Assembly: GCA_964057225.1 (NCBI GenBank) | Contig: OZ059898.1 | Span: 14,384,001 to 14,448,000, forward strand | From: Auanema rhodensis | Lineage: Eukaryota > Animalia > Nematoda | Direction of reading: 5' to 3' | Length of the DNA: 64,000 bases | Part shown: one piece after another, positions 1 to 14,830 of the stretch | Numbering within the stretch: the stretch's first letter is position 1 | Layout: each line of letters begins with the position of its first letter | The notes under the pieces: generated by a model | What the model saw: only the letters and a program-made list of their open reading frames with translations | Databases searched by the model: none | Told to the model about the DNA's origin: nothing | Translations under genes and position numbers: made by a program

Positions 1-2450
1 TTTCTCCTATTTTTTACAAAATAAGCTGAGATACGGGGATTCAATTAAGCAAATATGCATATACATATACATATCTGTTCATATTTGTATGTTTCATCTA
101 TAGATTTCAATAAAATCGTTTATAGAGGGAGGAAAAGCTTGTTTTCCTAATATTTCAATGAATGAGGGAGATTGTGACGGATGAATGTTGATATGACATA
201 CAAAAATAAAATTTGCATAACTAGCTTTGGCATGATGCGCGAAATCGAGCTCGCTGCTGTTGATATTGCTACTTCTGGCTGACTGATGCTATTGACGGTT
301 TGAACAACAAGGTGCCGACAACAAAAATCGACAATATTCATCAGCTTTGAAACATTGAGAGGGCAAATGTCATTCTCAACTTAAATATTCAAGATGGCAG
401 TTCAGTCGCAGCCATGTTTCATGTTCATCTTCTCTAAGCATCAAGCTATATTCAGCATTTCGCTGCTATCTATTGTCTATATGGCGAGAGATGCACATGC
501 TTTAGAAGCTTATTTCCTTGCTAGAAGAAGAAACAAAAAGAGAATTTTTGCAGAAAAAAATAAAGTTTCTTCAATAAGAATATCAAAAATTAGGCGAACA
601 ATATGTTTTTTCATCAAAACGAAATTAACAAAAAGTGAGAAGTGATTGATAATGAATTAGGGGGAATGCAGAAATCTTAAATTGATTGTTATGATTTGCA
701 GAATTGAACAAAGATAAAGAATTTTTTTTTCCGAAACATTCGACGATAAGTTGAAACTGAAAACTGGGTCAGACGAGGTTAACGAGACTACAGCGTTGTC
801 GCTGATTCGGCATCTGATGACCCTTGTCTGTATGGCAGGTAAGACATGAAAGCCTTTGAGAAACATACTGTCAATGATCTGTGTGGAGAGCTTGTTCAAA
901 AGCGACAGAGCTGGATTTACCAAGAGAGTGAGTGAAAAGGGAGAAGGGGGGAGTATCTTTCATTGGTGACGGCTTTTTCGTCGTCAGCAGCTCAAAAAAA
1001 ATCGAAAAATAGCCAACAGGGAAGAGCTAAGATTAGAATATGTTCATTCTTCTTTCTTTCTTGGTCTCTTTAACTGAGTGGGGGTAATAGCTGCTGAGTT
1101 TGTGAGAGAAAGAGAGGGAGGGAGGGAGGGAGGTCGAATACGTAGATTTGGTATTTTCTCCAATGTAGAGAACAATTCAAAGATCAGAAATGTAGAACAC
1201 AGCTGTTAGTTTTTTGGCTGAATAACCAATATGTTTTGTACTATTAATTAAAAGAAAAAAAACAAGAAAATAGAAGAAAAGAATGAAAAATGTTGGTAAA
1301 CTGAAAGAAAAAGTAAGAAAAGTTTTGATAAAATGTCATTTCAACCTCATGGTACGTACAACTTGATTTTCAACCGAATTCTCAATTAATCTTCAATTTT
1401 TAGTTTCAATCATGAAAAAATAAAATAAAAAATGACAAAGCTGTGAAGAAGTTGATGATGAAAATAAAAATTGAAAGAAATAAGAATTTCAAGAAAAGAA
1501 ACATTTAAGAACATTTGTTGGCATGAGACATAGATTTTCAAATTTTTTGGGCCAAAAATAAGAAGACTATACAGACAATTCTCTTCTAATAAAGATGATC
1601 ATGATGAATGATTCGAGAAAGACGAAGAAAAAAAATTTTGAAAGTTACATTTCAGTTTTTTCACGGTTCAATCATAATGAAAATTGGTGATATGAATGAT
1701 AATTTTGACAAAATATTTTGGTTCTGACACGAAATCTGCACAAAGACTATGAACTTCAGATGGAAAACAATATTCCAGTAAAGCTATTATATGACAAATG
1801 AATCTGAGTCTATGTGTGCGTACATTCATTCGTTTCGTTCGTTCTGAGACGATGATGGGTGATGCTTGGCGATGATGGCTGAATCGGTTGGTGTGGGAAC
1901 GACGTCGATGCTGACAGTCGTGCAAGTCAATTTCGATTCGCTTCATCTCTCAAAACTCATATCTGATCTCAATATTTGCTTTTAAGAAAGCCAATAAGTA
2001 ATTTTTTTGAGATAAAATATAGTGATATAGCATCATTTGAATGCATTTGGAGAGCGGAAATAAAAATAAAAGTTCAAAAATAAAAGGAAGACAAGGAAAT
2101 TTCAAAGAGATGGCAGCAAATTAGCTGAGAAGTCACCCGAATAAGCCATAGAATGGCAGAGAAAATAGAAAAAAAGAGGCAAAATAGAGAAAGAAAAGGA
2201 GAATTCGGATGGAACCTTAAAAACTTTCAAAACTACTAGTGGCTATTGACAACCTTTGAAGAAAAAACTGGGCGAATAGGTCAACAATGAGAAAAAAAAA
2301 CGAAAAGCAACCGGACTATACGGAGAAAAAATTAAAAAATGAGAAATAGCCTGAAGCTGTTAACGTCACGTAACTTTCAAATTAGCATAAAATAAGAATG
2401 TTTAGCGGAAAAAAAAATCAAAAATGAAGAAAGTTAGAAGATGAAATCAC

Positions 2451-4590
2451 CTGAGCTAGTAGCGACGATGTCTCAGTTGTAGTTAATAGAATCATGCTAT
2501 TCATAGATGGTGATTGAGATAAAGCGTCCAACTGAAATTCAGATTGTAAATGTGATTTTCATCTGTGAATTACCTGAAGTTTAGTTCCTTCATCAAGAAA
2601 ATCATCCATTTTGGCTAAGCCGTTGACAGCTAATGTTGGTGACATCTCAATTGGAAGAGATGTAAGGATTTCAACACCTTTCTTGCACCACTGATTAGCC
2701 TATAACCAACCAAATAACAATTATACAGGGAAAATAGTTTATAGTTAAAATATAAGAACATTCTCTCATCTTTCGATGTTACTATTCATGATATTGTTTC
2801 ATTTTACAATAAAAACAAAGCTGTTTTCGCTTAAACAATACGATTTTTATGCGAAAAAATGAGAAATTTTCTGAAAAAAATAAATTTATATTGGATAATG
2901 AACGAAAAACACCACTCAAGGGCATGGTGGCGAACGTCGTCTGGTCATCTGTAGTCTATCAACTGACCGAAACGACAATAACAACAAGTGATGATGTTGT
3001 TGCTGATGATGATATTACTGAACAAGGACATACGGCTGGAAGACATTAGGATTTAAGCGTAAAGCTTTTGATTCTTCACTTGAATACTCCTAATTATAAA
3101 TTTATATAATTTATAACATATAATATATAATGATTCAATTAGTAAATACTTTATAAATTGGTCTCAAAAGGACGTTTCAGCTGTCATTATGCAGCTCTCC
3201 CTCTCCCCAACTCTCTCTTAACCTTCAAGCCTATTCTTCATGTCTTGACCGTTCTCACAGTCCTCTTTAACTCATTCGCAAGGACATTCAGTGAGGCATA
3301 TCAGCCAGCAGTTGCAACTACCAGCAGCAGCAGTAGCAGCAGCAGCAGTAACAGCAGTAGCAGCAACATAAGCCGTAGATCTTCATCATCATCTGCTTGG
3401 AAAATCAGCAGAAACGATTAGAATTCGTGCTAGGACCATCCTGTATATCTGTCTGTTTCAGCTTTATTTCCGTTCAGTACATATGTACATAATCGCTTAA
3501 CTATGTGCATAATAAAGAAAGTAAAAGCAAATAAATAAAATTCGAAGGATGAAGATATTAAGGAAATTCCTCCCAAAAGATCTCTCTATTACGATGCATA
3601 CATGTAACTATTTCAAATCTTACCATTTGTATTTGTGAGTGCATTGTTCTACTCATTTCTAAAACTTTAGCTCTTCGTTCTAATGCTCCGGTTAATGCTT
3701 CAGCCATGCGTTCAAGTTCTTCGCACTTGGGTAATAAACTTGCTGATAACTATAAAAAGAATTTTGTAGAGAAAAAGAAAAATTAAAAAAGAAGAAGATT
3801 AAGCTGTAATGTACCTCAACGTCGTTTGATGAAATTAAATCTTCGCCAGTTTCTTTAAGTAAACGAGCTGTTTTCACATCATCCTAAATTAAAAAATAAA
3901 ATAATTTCATCATTATCGATTAGTATAAAGTATTTTTTCTTAATAGTTTGTTTTGAAAACAACAATGAAAAGACAGAAGCATAGTTAAGATTTGTATACC
4001 ATGGCGTGTGATGTATATTCGTGATGTTGTTTGGCTAAAAGCTCAGCTCCTTCAGCTCCGTCACCTACTTCTCGATGTTCTTCCAAGTAAAGCATATGAC
4101 GAGCAAATGATGATTGTAGCTGCAATATAAAACTTTTTTTCCAAACTTTTTTACACGAAAAATGATTTTCAATGAAAACTTTTTTAATTTTAAAGATTTA
4201 TAATAGCAAAGCATATTTGTTTATACATATATGTATATATGTATATAGATTAGATATAAATAATTATTTTTTTTGGATGAAATAATGATAGGTTGATTGG
4301 ATAATATAAACTTAAAACTTAGTTTAGAGTACATATAGTATATCATCTTGATAGGAAAGATGCTTTAAAAAATGTTTTAAAAGTTTTTTTAAGAGTGAGA
4401 AGGAGGATGGCATAAGTAAAGATTTTGAAGAAAGAGAAAGAGAGAGATAATCTCATATGAATCTTGACTATAACAGAAAAATAATTTTAAAAGTTATTAC
4501 AAATTGTGACTTGTACAAAAAACAGGAAAAATCTTCTAGAAATTCGAGAAAATGAGTGGTAAGAAGAGTTGTTCGTTGACTTACCAGTAA

Positions 4591-4648
<58 letters not shown>

Positions 4649-7330
4649 AAGTAGAAGAAGGAAAAGCTGACAAAATGAAAGAAAAAAGAGAAAATTGGAC
4701 TGTCATTGAGAAAGACAATTAGTTAGTCAATCAGTTAGCTATAAAGCTGATTCAAACCTGCTTTAACCATGAATAACATAGAAAAACATCTTAAAGAGTA
4801 CGGATGAAAATGTTAATGGTATGAGTAAAAATAAATTTATATATAATAATAATTATAAATTATTTAATTTTATACGTATAGATTTCAATTATTCAATTTT
4901 TCTCCGAAAAAAAATGATAGAAATGAAATATTGAAAGATATTATGTGCAATATTTTTTATGTGAGAATTGAATATTTAACTAAAATAATTTGAAAAATCA
5001 TAATTAAGATGAGAAAGTAATTAGATATTAGCTGAAAGTTGAGAAGTTCGTGAACTAAAGGACTATAGGAGGTGGTGGCTAAGAAACAGGAGAAAACGAC
5101 TGAATGTTCCGTTCTGTGACCTAATTTGGGCTAGATGTTACTGTTAGTTTTAGAAGAAAAAAATTAAAAAAAGGAACGATAGATAGTGAAAGAAATAGAA
5201 AAAAAGGGTTCATGGTAAAGAAAATTGCTATAGTGAAGGAAAATTACTTGGGTGGAGCCCAGATTTTAGACACAAAAAACGAAACGAACGAAGGCTGGGG
5301 TATCGTTAGTCGGGAGGGAGACAAGAGACGTGCGTCGGGAAGGCGATCGAGAAAAAAAAGGAAGAGGGAAAAGGAAAGTCGAGAGATTCGTCAATGAAAG
5401 AGAGATGGAGAGTTGTTTCTTTCTGAAAGTTTAAGCAGAATGAAAAGGCAATTTGAGATAATTAAGTGAGAAATAGAAAGGAAAGACTTCATAGAATAGC
5501 AATGGAGAGCGATATGAGGAAAACCGAATGGCCACATCGTCTGGATAGGGCTGGTATGGAATACATTGAAGTAGCTATAGCTACAACATACATAGAAGAG
5601 TTACTATACATAGTCATATGCATATATGCATATAGTTAGCAAGTTATCTATACATATATGATTAATAGTAAAACAGTCTCTATAACAAGTGAAGTGAAGA
5701 AGGCAAACAGATTATTGGTGGTCAAAGAAGAAGATGAACAGCATATAGAACTCTTGCTCAATAGATATGGTTTGGAGAAGCGTCTGAACAACATAAAGAG
5801 AGAAACACTGCAGATACATGTCTCTTCCTTGTTAACCTATGAAGAGAATGAGAGAAACGGTAATATCGTGTTGATGATGATGAGAGAAGAAGGTACTTGA
5901 CTTGTAGCTGAAGCTTATCCAAGCCTATTCTTCATCATATTGCTTGAATAGAATAGTTAACTGATATAACATATACTAAATATAAGAATATAGTTAAGAT
6001 TAGAGATTCATGAAATGCAACCCGAATATTACCAAATTATATGATCAGAATGATGAGACAACTAGTAAAAAAACACGTTTGTACGTGACGGCAACATCAA
6101 ATACTACGTGAAATGACTTATTATGCTAATTATGTGAAAAAAAAAGATAATAATCAATACGTAAACAATTCAAAACACCAAAAATAAACTGGAAAGAAAC
6201 TGATCTTTGCCTGCATTTAGCTATTTTCTTTCTTCAAAAAAAAACGAAAGAAGGTTTATCTTTGAGCTAGAGAGAGAGAGCGAGAGAGAGAAAGAGAGAA
6301 AGAAAGAAAGAGAGAGGGTTAACATTATTTTATATAATTCATATAATTATATAGTTATATATACATATATTCAATAAAGAATATACTAAAATGAAGAAAA
6401 ATACATGAGTAAAGACCATGTTATAGCAGGTTAGAGAGTAATGAACTGAAGTTTATCTCTGAAGAATTTAAACAAAAAAAGAGAGGAAAACGAATTGAAA
6501 GTCTAATATCCGTTATTTGATACTACATCTTCTTTGTAAGATTATAGAGTTATACCACCACCACACAGAAACAAAAAATACAACAGATGGTTGTTAAATA
6601 GAAGAGTTTGACTGAAAAAAACGCCTAACAGGTCCATTATCACTATTCTACCTCCGTAACATCTTACTCTCTCTCTCTCTCACACACACACACACATTCT
6701 CTCTCTCTCTCTCTTAGAAGATCCACAAGTTACTTAAGTGAAGAAAACAAAATGAACGACAATGCCAATGATAGCTTGAAGCTAAACGAATGAAAAGAAA
6801 CAAAGAATGCTGATGTTGCTACTGATAAGAATATGAAAATCAAGAATTTCCCATCTTTTTAGCAATTATTCTCTTTAAAAATCAAAAAAAATGATTGAAA
6901 ATAAGGTTAAATAATAAGAAAAAGATGAATGAATGTGTAGATGATGTAGAAGAAAGTTCAAAATTAAAAGAGCAAAATGATGAAGAAGAGATAAAGCTGA
7001 TGATGAAAAGAAGGCTGTGACAAGTCATATCCAGAAGAAGTTAAGAAACTTAATATCATATGACAGCTTTCACATTAAATGCTGATTTATGCCACTTATC
7101 TAGATAAATCAGCAAAAGGATTGTAAAATGAATTTCTTTTATTTCTAAATCTTATAAGTTAACACGAGAATTATGTTTAATCAAAGACCAAAGATTCAAA
7201 GTTTTAACAAAAAACGATAAAAATTAACAATTTGTTTATATGTTTGTTTATTTTTTATGAAATGAAAAAGAAATAATTAGCAATTTGAATCATTTTAGTG
7301 GCCATTACGCCTTATGCTCTCCAGCTCTCT

Positions 7331-7399
<69 letters not shown>

Positions 7400-10300
7400 C
7401 CCCCCTCTCTCATCTCTCTTTTAACTCAAACTTTTAAAGAAAATTCAAGATTATCAAGCAACATATCACTAGCTAGAGACACACTCAAAGACTATGAATG
7501 ATGTAAAGAAGGAGGAGAAAATTTTGAAGAAAAGTTTTTTTCAGCTTTCAGTGTTCAGCTCATGAATGTATCTGAGCCAGCAACTGTCTGCTTAGCACAA
7601 ACTCAATAAACCACAAATCATATACGAGGAACTTAAAGAAGAAAAATGAAAATATTTGTATTTCATAATGACAAAATGGCTTTTTCTTTCTCTTCCGAAA
7701 CAACATATAGAAACATATTATGGAATTTTGAAATAGAAAAATGCTTTAAATTCTTTTGACCATAAACAGAACATATACAATGGAATTAGGAACATATGAA
7801 GTCCGAATGATCATGGCCAATATTTCATAAAAACAAGAAAGAAGAACGTACTTTGCGGAATGAATCTTCAAATTGACGTAATTGAAGACAGTTCATCAGA
7901 CGCTTTTCATGCTTAGCCCAGAATGTATCAAATGATTTTTCAGTTTCTTCTGAAAATAATGATTGATTTCATAATAATAATGAGAAAAACAAACCTAATT
8001 GGACGAGCATTCGTTCAATAGAGGTTACGTTATGAAGACGAGTTGGACTCAGTTGCTCAGCTTTAGGTTTTTGCTCCAATTGTCGAACAGTACGTAAGAG
8101 AACTAAGCCTTTTCTAGCCGATATTCGAAAATCTTCCTATAAATTATGATTATAAGCATAAATAAATGAAAAACATAATAATTTGAATGACTAAAGTGAA
8201 TGAAATCCTTTTGTTTTGTTGTAATAATTGGATGAAGAAGGTGGTTGTGGTTTGACGTTGTGAAGAAATATTAAAATCATATGAGATGTATAGATGTAAA
8301 ATGAAAAAGAAATTATATAATTATATATCTTAGAAATGTTTTGAAAATAATCCAAAATTTTCAAATTTTGGTTAGAAAATGGAAGAAGACAATGAAATTC
8401 AGAAAATCAGGATTATGTAGTTTTGTCTTTCAAAATATTAAAATTGTCTACAAAAAATCTATCAAAATATACTTTTTTTTGAGCTAAAAATACAAAAAAT
8501 TCTTAAATATTTTGGTAAATTTTAAGTGAAAAAGGTTGAAAATTACTGCATTTTGCAGCGGAAAAAAAAAGAAAAAAAGGCCAAATTGAATAAATGTGAT
8601 GATGAAAAGATGGTCGAAAACTACCTTAATAGCATCTCTTTCAGCTGATTGTATTTGAAGAATTCTGGCGGTTGTTTCAGCATCGTTCGGTAATTCCGTT
8701 TCTCGCAATGTTCGTCCAAAATCGGCTAATGATTGAGCGATGACAGTCGCAGATGATTTCATTCGCTCAATGTCCTTAAATAAATAAAAGCAAATTTCGT
8801 TTTTTATTTCGTAAAAAAAGAAGAAGAAGAAGTAAAAGAGGTTGAAATCAAACCATTCGATGTTGAACCCATTCAAGATGATTATATTTGATTAAGCCTC
8901 CGACATCCATCGTTAGTTGCTCAGCTCGGAGAAATCGACGAAGATCTAATGACGATTCGCAGAGGATCACCTGAAAGATGGAAGCTTTTACATCCATATA
9001 CATGTACATGTGCGTATATAAACGACAGAAATAGAAGTTGAACAAGGATTGATGCTGCTTCTGCTGCTACTGCTTGTTCAACATCAATCGTCCGCATCAA
9101 CAAACGATATTACCTTGAAAGTACAACTTTCAGCGATTCCTCGATAGCCTACTTCAAGAGCACGTTGTAAGACTCCTTCAGGCTTTAAAAGAAGTACAAC
9201 CCGAATGTAACCAGGGAAAAATGCCTATAACTAGCCAGTTTAGTTGAATCAAATATGTAAAAAACCAATTGAAAGCACTTAATTCATGAAAATAATAAGG
9301 AAGGTTAGTTGAATTTAATGGTTTAAGATTTCACTTGACGACAAGAAATTGCGGGAAAAGTCAAGCTTTTGCATCATCTTCAAGTAAAAAAGTCAAGAAT
9401 TGCATTCGGGAAGCTGTTTGAATAATTATCTTCAAACTACTATACAGAAGAGTGCCCGAAATGGATCTAAAAACGACCTGAATGATCGGAAAAGACGGAA
9501 AAAAACAGTGACGATTTGCAAATGGGATAAGACGTCGTCGTAAGCTGTAAGGATATTTTCTATTTTAACGTTTATAGTTTGTTTTTTAAGTCAAAAAAAG
9601 GTTCAGAAAAAGGATATTCAGACGATGATATTTGAATTATCAGATGAAAACATGATAATAGATATGATGTGAATACAAATGAAATACAGGAGAAGAAAGG
9701 AAAGAGGAGTAGGAGCATGAGAAGATACTAGCTTCTCTGGCTTGACATTGGATGTCAAAATTGAAATTCTAACTTCTGATTGTAATTCGAAGTCGTAGCC
9801 ATCATTAATGTTCATTGTGGCATCAAGTGTAGCTTTTTTTGCTCAAAAAGTTATAAAAAGGAATTGACTGAGAGTACAAGACATTCAGAGAGAAAGAGAG
9901 AGTAAGAGAAAGAGAAAGCAGGGAATCTAGGAGAAGAGAGAGAAGGAGAGAAGTAAACGATAGAAGGCCGGTGGTTGAAACAATCTTTTTTTTCTCGACT
10001 CATATTCCGGCTTCTGCTCTGACCATGTAAGGAGAACTATGATTTTGAGATGAAAATAACGAAAGAGTATGCAATATAGAGAGAGTATAAAAGAAAAAGA
10101 AAGAACAAGAGAAGAGATATTGGAAAGTGGAAGAGATTGGGGAAAGTCCACTAGGGGGATCAGAGAAAAAGGTGAGAACAAACAATTGAAAGTTCGGACA
10201 GTACTGCTCATCTCGCTTCGTCTTTTCCTTCCTCTTGCTCAATACCCCACCCCATTTTGCTTTTCTCTTCTCTTGATTTCAAACTGATCTTCATATGGCG

Positions 10301-12460
10301 GTATTCTCGATGAGACGAAGAGATAGAACTCATAGAACGGAAAACCAGCTTTGGGTAGTTTTTCTGCTCAAAAAAGATGTAAACGGTATGACTTGCTTGC
10401 TTGTTGTTCATAAAAAAAGAAAAATGCAGAGATTCTTTTATTGAAAATCACTGAAACATAACCGATTTTGATTTTAAAATTGAGGAGACAAAGTCGAATG
10501 GAGCAAGTTTCACTGGAAAAGTGATAGAAAGAAGAAGAATAAAAGTATTATTGAAGTGAGTTGTTCTGAATATGTGAACTTTGCTCTAAAATGATATGTC
10601 AGATGGATGAAAGATGTTCGAAATGGGGCCATTGGCGAACATAATTTTCATGTAAAATGAATTTATTATGCAATTTCCATTTAAGTAAAAGCTGATTTGC
10701 ACACAAAAAATGAAGAAAAGAAAGAAAACAAACCGATATATTCATCAGAATAGTTCTTACAGCTGTCCATTTATCGTTTCGTCGGTCGATAATTAATACA
10801 AATCCTTTGTGGCTTTCCTCCTCCAATCTAGAAATAAGTAAGTATGAAAGGGAAATGATGAGCTTCAATTAAGCTAATCATCTGAAACATACAAAGGAAC
10901 TTGTAGAAGATATGTTATAAGTAATTGATAATCATCAAAAGATAACTGAGCTCTTGAATCCGGAAATGTTACTATGGTTAAACCCTCATTTGTTCTTGCT
11001 CCTGAAATCAAATGTATTATTCAAATAATCATTATTTTTCGATTTCAATCATCAGTTTTTTATTTTATTTCAAATTAAATTACTTTTAAAAAAGTTTTTA
11101 ATGATCAAGAAAAAACTTCTAAAAAATTGGAATTTTTTAATGACATTCCAATAGCACTCAATCGTTTCTTCTTAGTTTTTCATGACTTTTAGCAGCTGGT
11201 TTTTTAAATTTTTTGATCGAAAAGGTGTTCAATTGACCACTTTATTAACTCAGCTGTTGCTAAATAAAACTTTTTTTATCTGTTATGTTGAGAGTGGGAG
11301 AGTGAACAACTTTTTTTTTTTTGGAAAATTTTTAAATTATTTACCAGAAAGAAAGGCATATCGAGATGCTAAAATATCCGACATATCTTTGATCTTACAT
11401 CGATCAACACCAACAGTTAGAAAGCCATCTGAAAATAAATAATTATTAGAATACGTGAAACTGTTTACGTGAAATTGATTACGTGAAACTGATCACGTAA
11501 ATCATTGTTTGTTAATTAATTATTAAACGGAACGGTTGATCTCTAAGAAAAATTCTAAGAATCTAAGAAATTTAAATATAAATAGCAAACAACAAGCATG
11601 TTTTACTTAAAATGCTGTTATAATTGGGTTATGATGTAAAAGTGATGTATTGCATTAGGCTTAAACTGATTGAATAACAAATATTATGTTAAGAAAGCTA
11701 ATTGATTACAATTTATTTATTTAATTAAATTATTAAGATTATGATGAATTTATCAGTTATTGTTCTTTCGATTTTATTTGTTTTACAATAAATTATTTGC
11801 AAATTTCACCTATTTAGTCAAACATGGTAAATGCATTTATGAGTATGAGTGTTCAAGGTTAAAAAGAGAAATTGCAACTTCTTTTTTACTTAAACAGAGT
11901 ATCGTCAGTTCACTATGTTGTCAAGATTAGAGTAAGAATAGCATGGGAATGCCAATTATCTCATCAGCGGAGTAATCCAGATAAATTGCAGTTTGCCCAT
12001 ATATGCAACTTGTAGATACATCAGAATTCTTCTGATTTATATTTGTGTTTTGAATGAAACGTACCCCATTGGTCATCTAATCCATCGTCATCACCATTCA
12101 AACTGATATCATCCGTACAAACTAATGAGGTAGATAATGGATTATGTAGTCGATCCATCACTGATTGATATCCTGAGTCTTGTAAAAACTGAGTACTCTT
12201 CAGTGCATTCTGAAATGAAAATCTACATTTGAAGAAAATGAATAAATGAAAATTACTTTAAGATCTTTAAGATCCGTATCTACGTCATACATGAACGATG
12301 GTGGCTCAATATACGTTACCTCAGAATCTCTAAAAGTTGATAAAGATTCATTGATAGTTAGCTGATTAGGTTCAACTAACCGTCGGTCGACAGATGGATC
12401 ATCAGATGTGCTAGCTGTCATGCTTTCATAGCATGACGAAGCCGTCTGACCGGGATCCAT
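2451..12460 (-). CDS. cgef-1: Dbl-family RhoGEF, Dbs/MCF2L type (cgef-1-like): Sec14-like and spectrin-repeat N-terminal half; partial, DH-PH part expected beyond the left edge
   Basis: Hand-spliced in-frame GT-AG exons: 12460-12257, 12209-12065, 11428-11345, 11001-10893, 10827-10734, 9224-9114, 8970-8854, 8774-8625, 8136-7995, 7949-7852, 4119-4000, 3883-3815, 3749-3624, 2699-2574, 2531-2451. Peptides DILASRYAFLSGARTNEGLTIVTFP, GFVLIIDRRNDKWTAVRTIL, EQLTMDVGGLIKYNHLEWVQHR, ETELPND and FDTFWAKHEKRLMNCLQLRQFE match the MCF2/MCF2L N-terminus. Orthology to cgef-1 is inferred. Confidence 0.88.
3322..3365 (+). repeat. Imperfect (CAG)n trinucleotide tract, intronic
   Basis: cagcagcagcagtagcagcagcagcagtaacagcagtagcagca. 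Confidence 0.8.
4594..4642 (+). repeat. (GA)n microsatellite
   Basis: Perfect dinucleotide run. Confidence 0.95.
7334..7396 (+). repeat. (TC)n microsatellite
   Basis: Perfect dinucleotide run. Confidence 0.95.
11452..11499 (+). repeat. 14-bp tandem repeat (TACGTGAAAYTGWT x3.5) in a RhoGEF intron
   Basis: tacgtg at 11452, 11466 and 11480; cacgta at 11494. Confidence 0.85.
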
Positions 12461-12916
12461 TTCGAAAAAAGGATTCGAAATGGAGTTAAGTCCCGCCACG
12501 ATTGCTAGCTATCTGATGAAAGCTGCAGCTATATGACCGTTAGCTCACTGATATGGTACCGTCGTGCACTGCAAACCATGCACATTCGATATTGTAAACA
12601 GAAAATGTTTTTGAGAAAAACGATGAAAAAGCAACATTTAACGAAAGACGAAACTATTATAGAGCCATATGGATTAATAGAATTAAAAATGAAGAAGAAT
12701 AATAACTGAAATAATGATTATATGATTGACTAAAGAATATTAAAAAATGTTTTTCAACAACAATGAAATGAAATTCCAATAAATAGATAACTGAGCTTAT
12801 ATGTCTATCTTTCTCTCATTTCTCTACCTCTCTTTGAAAATCTCTCCCTCTCATTTTCTACAAACGCGTGCCTCTTCGACTTTAACTCGACCTCTGGCAT
12901 GTATTATTCCCTTCCC

Positions 12917-12919
<3 letters not shown>

Positions 12920-12963
<44 letters not shown>
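12920..12963 (+). repeat. (TC)n microsatellite
   Basis: Perfect dinucleotide run. Confidence 0.95.
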
Positions 12964-12974
<11 letters not shown>

Positions 12975-14797
12975 CCTCACTTTGTGACACAGACACACGC
13001 AGACATACATTCCACATATATTCATCTGATACGCATCTGTTCTCTTCTGAATTCAAAATGGACAAGGCTTATCCTAGCACACACTCACACTCACACACAG
13101 CATGGCTATTCAGAAGTCAGCTGTAGCAAAGTAGAAAGACCAAAAGAAGAAGAAACTATGAATTAAAAATAGAATAATGGTCCCAACATACACGAGTTTT
13201 GACATGAATATGATAAAATATTCTTTCTTACGATATTCAAATTCATTTTCTTTTCTACAAATCCGAAATTATAAATACTATCGCGTTCGGAAAGCTGTGT
13301 GGATACCCATATGAAGAACTTGCAAGTAATTTCAAATCTTTTTTTTATAATTGAGTCCAGTTGTGTGAGTGTCGATAACCATCCAGGTTATTACTGTAAA
13401 CTGATTTAGAAACAATCACTTGTCTCAGCTTTTTCATTCAGTTATAAGCAAAGAATTTAAAATATGCAAGCTATGAAAAATTAAAACAAAGGTCAATTTG
13501 AAATGAAATGTTTTAATTAGAATAATAATTAATTTAAAATATGCTAATTAGATATAAACAGTCACACATAAACAAATGAATTTACTAATTGGGGAAAGAG
13601 CTTAGCGACTGTGCTGAGGTGGGGGGGGGGAAGGCATGTGTCTACTACGTATGGTTGAATGATTTATTAGAGAAACAAATCAATAATTCTTTTTATTATT
13701 CCATATAATATATTGTTTAGATGTAAACATGTTTCAGTTTATATCACCATTTGACAAGAAATGTTTGCTCTCAATAGGTCATGCAGAGAAAACTTCCAAA
13801 AAAGGCTTGTAATTCTGCTTTAGCAACATGTAGCAGCTGGTCGTATTGCTCATCTCATGTTATATAGCATTTGAACAATATCCATAATTCACAGTACTGT
13901 TTAATCAACAGAATTTTAGATCTTTAATCATGTCAGATCATTTAAATGTTTTTTGGTCAACGAACGTGAAAATGCACGTGACATTTCTGATACACGTGAA
14001 CATTCTTTGACGTGGAAATTATTCAAACAGTAAGTCATTTGAATAGAGAAACTGATATAGAACGGTTGGTTGTATTCATTCTTATTTCATCACAATTTCT
14101 TCATAACATCCGCCGTTTGCTGTTGCAATATCACAAATCATCATATGCTATTAGTTTTTTTTCTATTTTGTATTTGCCATATTACAATCGTTTTTTTCTT
14201 TTGTTTATGACTTATCGGGACATAAACTAAGAATATGATTTGCTATATCGTCAAAACATCTTAAATCAAAATTTATGATATTTTCTTCTTTTCTTTCTTT
14301 CATATATTCAGTTAAGGCAGGAATGATATACATAAAACTATAACTTTTATTCAACTTCATCTTCTTATTTGTAAAATAGAAGAAGAAGAAGATGATGATG
14401 ATGATGAAGTACAACAAAGAATCTTCTCTGGAAGGCAACGACGACAACGATGACGACGTATACATACAGAACCTTACATACAACCTCGAGAATTTATATT
14501 ATATTCATTAACTAGAGATGGGTATAAGATACATAGTATATACTACTATTATGAATAACTATGAGTATTTCTTGAAGTTTATTCATTTGGTTGTAAGTGG
14601 AAATGAAGTCCACAGATAGCCGTAAAGTCTATACAATAAGGATGAATAAGCAACATCTGCAGTTCTTCGAAATACTATTAAATAGGAAGAGTGGCGAAGA
14701 AATGAAAAAGGTCCTGATGAACTAGATTTCAAGGGTTGATTTTCAAGGTAGAAGACAAATTTGAGAAATTGAAAGAAAGAGAGATAGAGAGAGATGA

Positions 14798-14830
<33 letters not shown>

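Noticed and set aside
147-923. Minus-strand ORFs 147-341 and 657-923 as next RhoGEF exons
   Set aside because: No in-phase join to exon 2451 and no spectrin or DH-like sequence.
7470-7492. CTAGAGACACACTCA resembling mir-44/mir-279 family microRNAs
   Set aside because: The seed does not match (AGCTAG instead of GACTAG) and no precursor hairpin is apparent.
11900-12031. Exon-like segment after the second RhoGEF exon
   Set aside because: Joining it gives a stop after three codons, whereas skipping to 11428 keeps the conserved frame.
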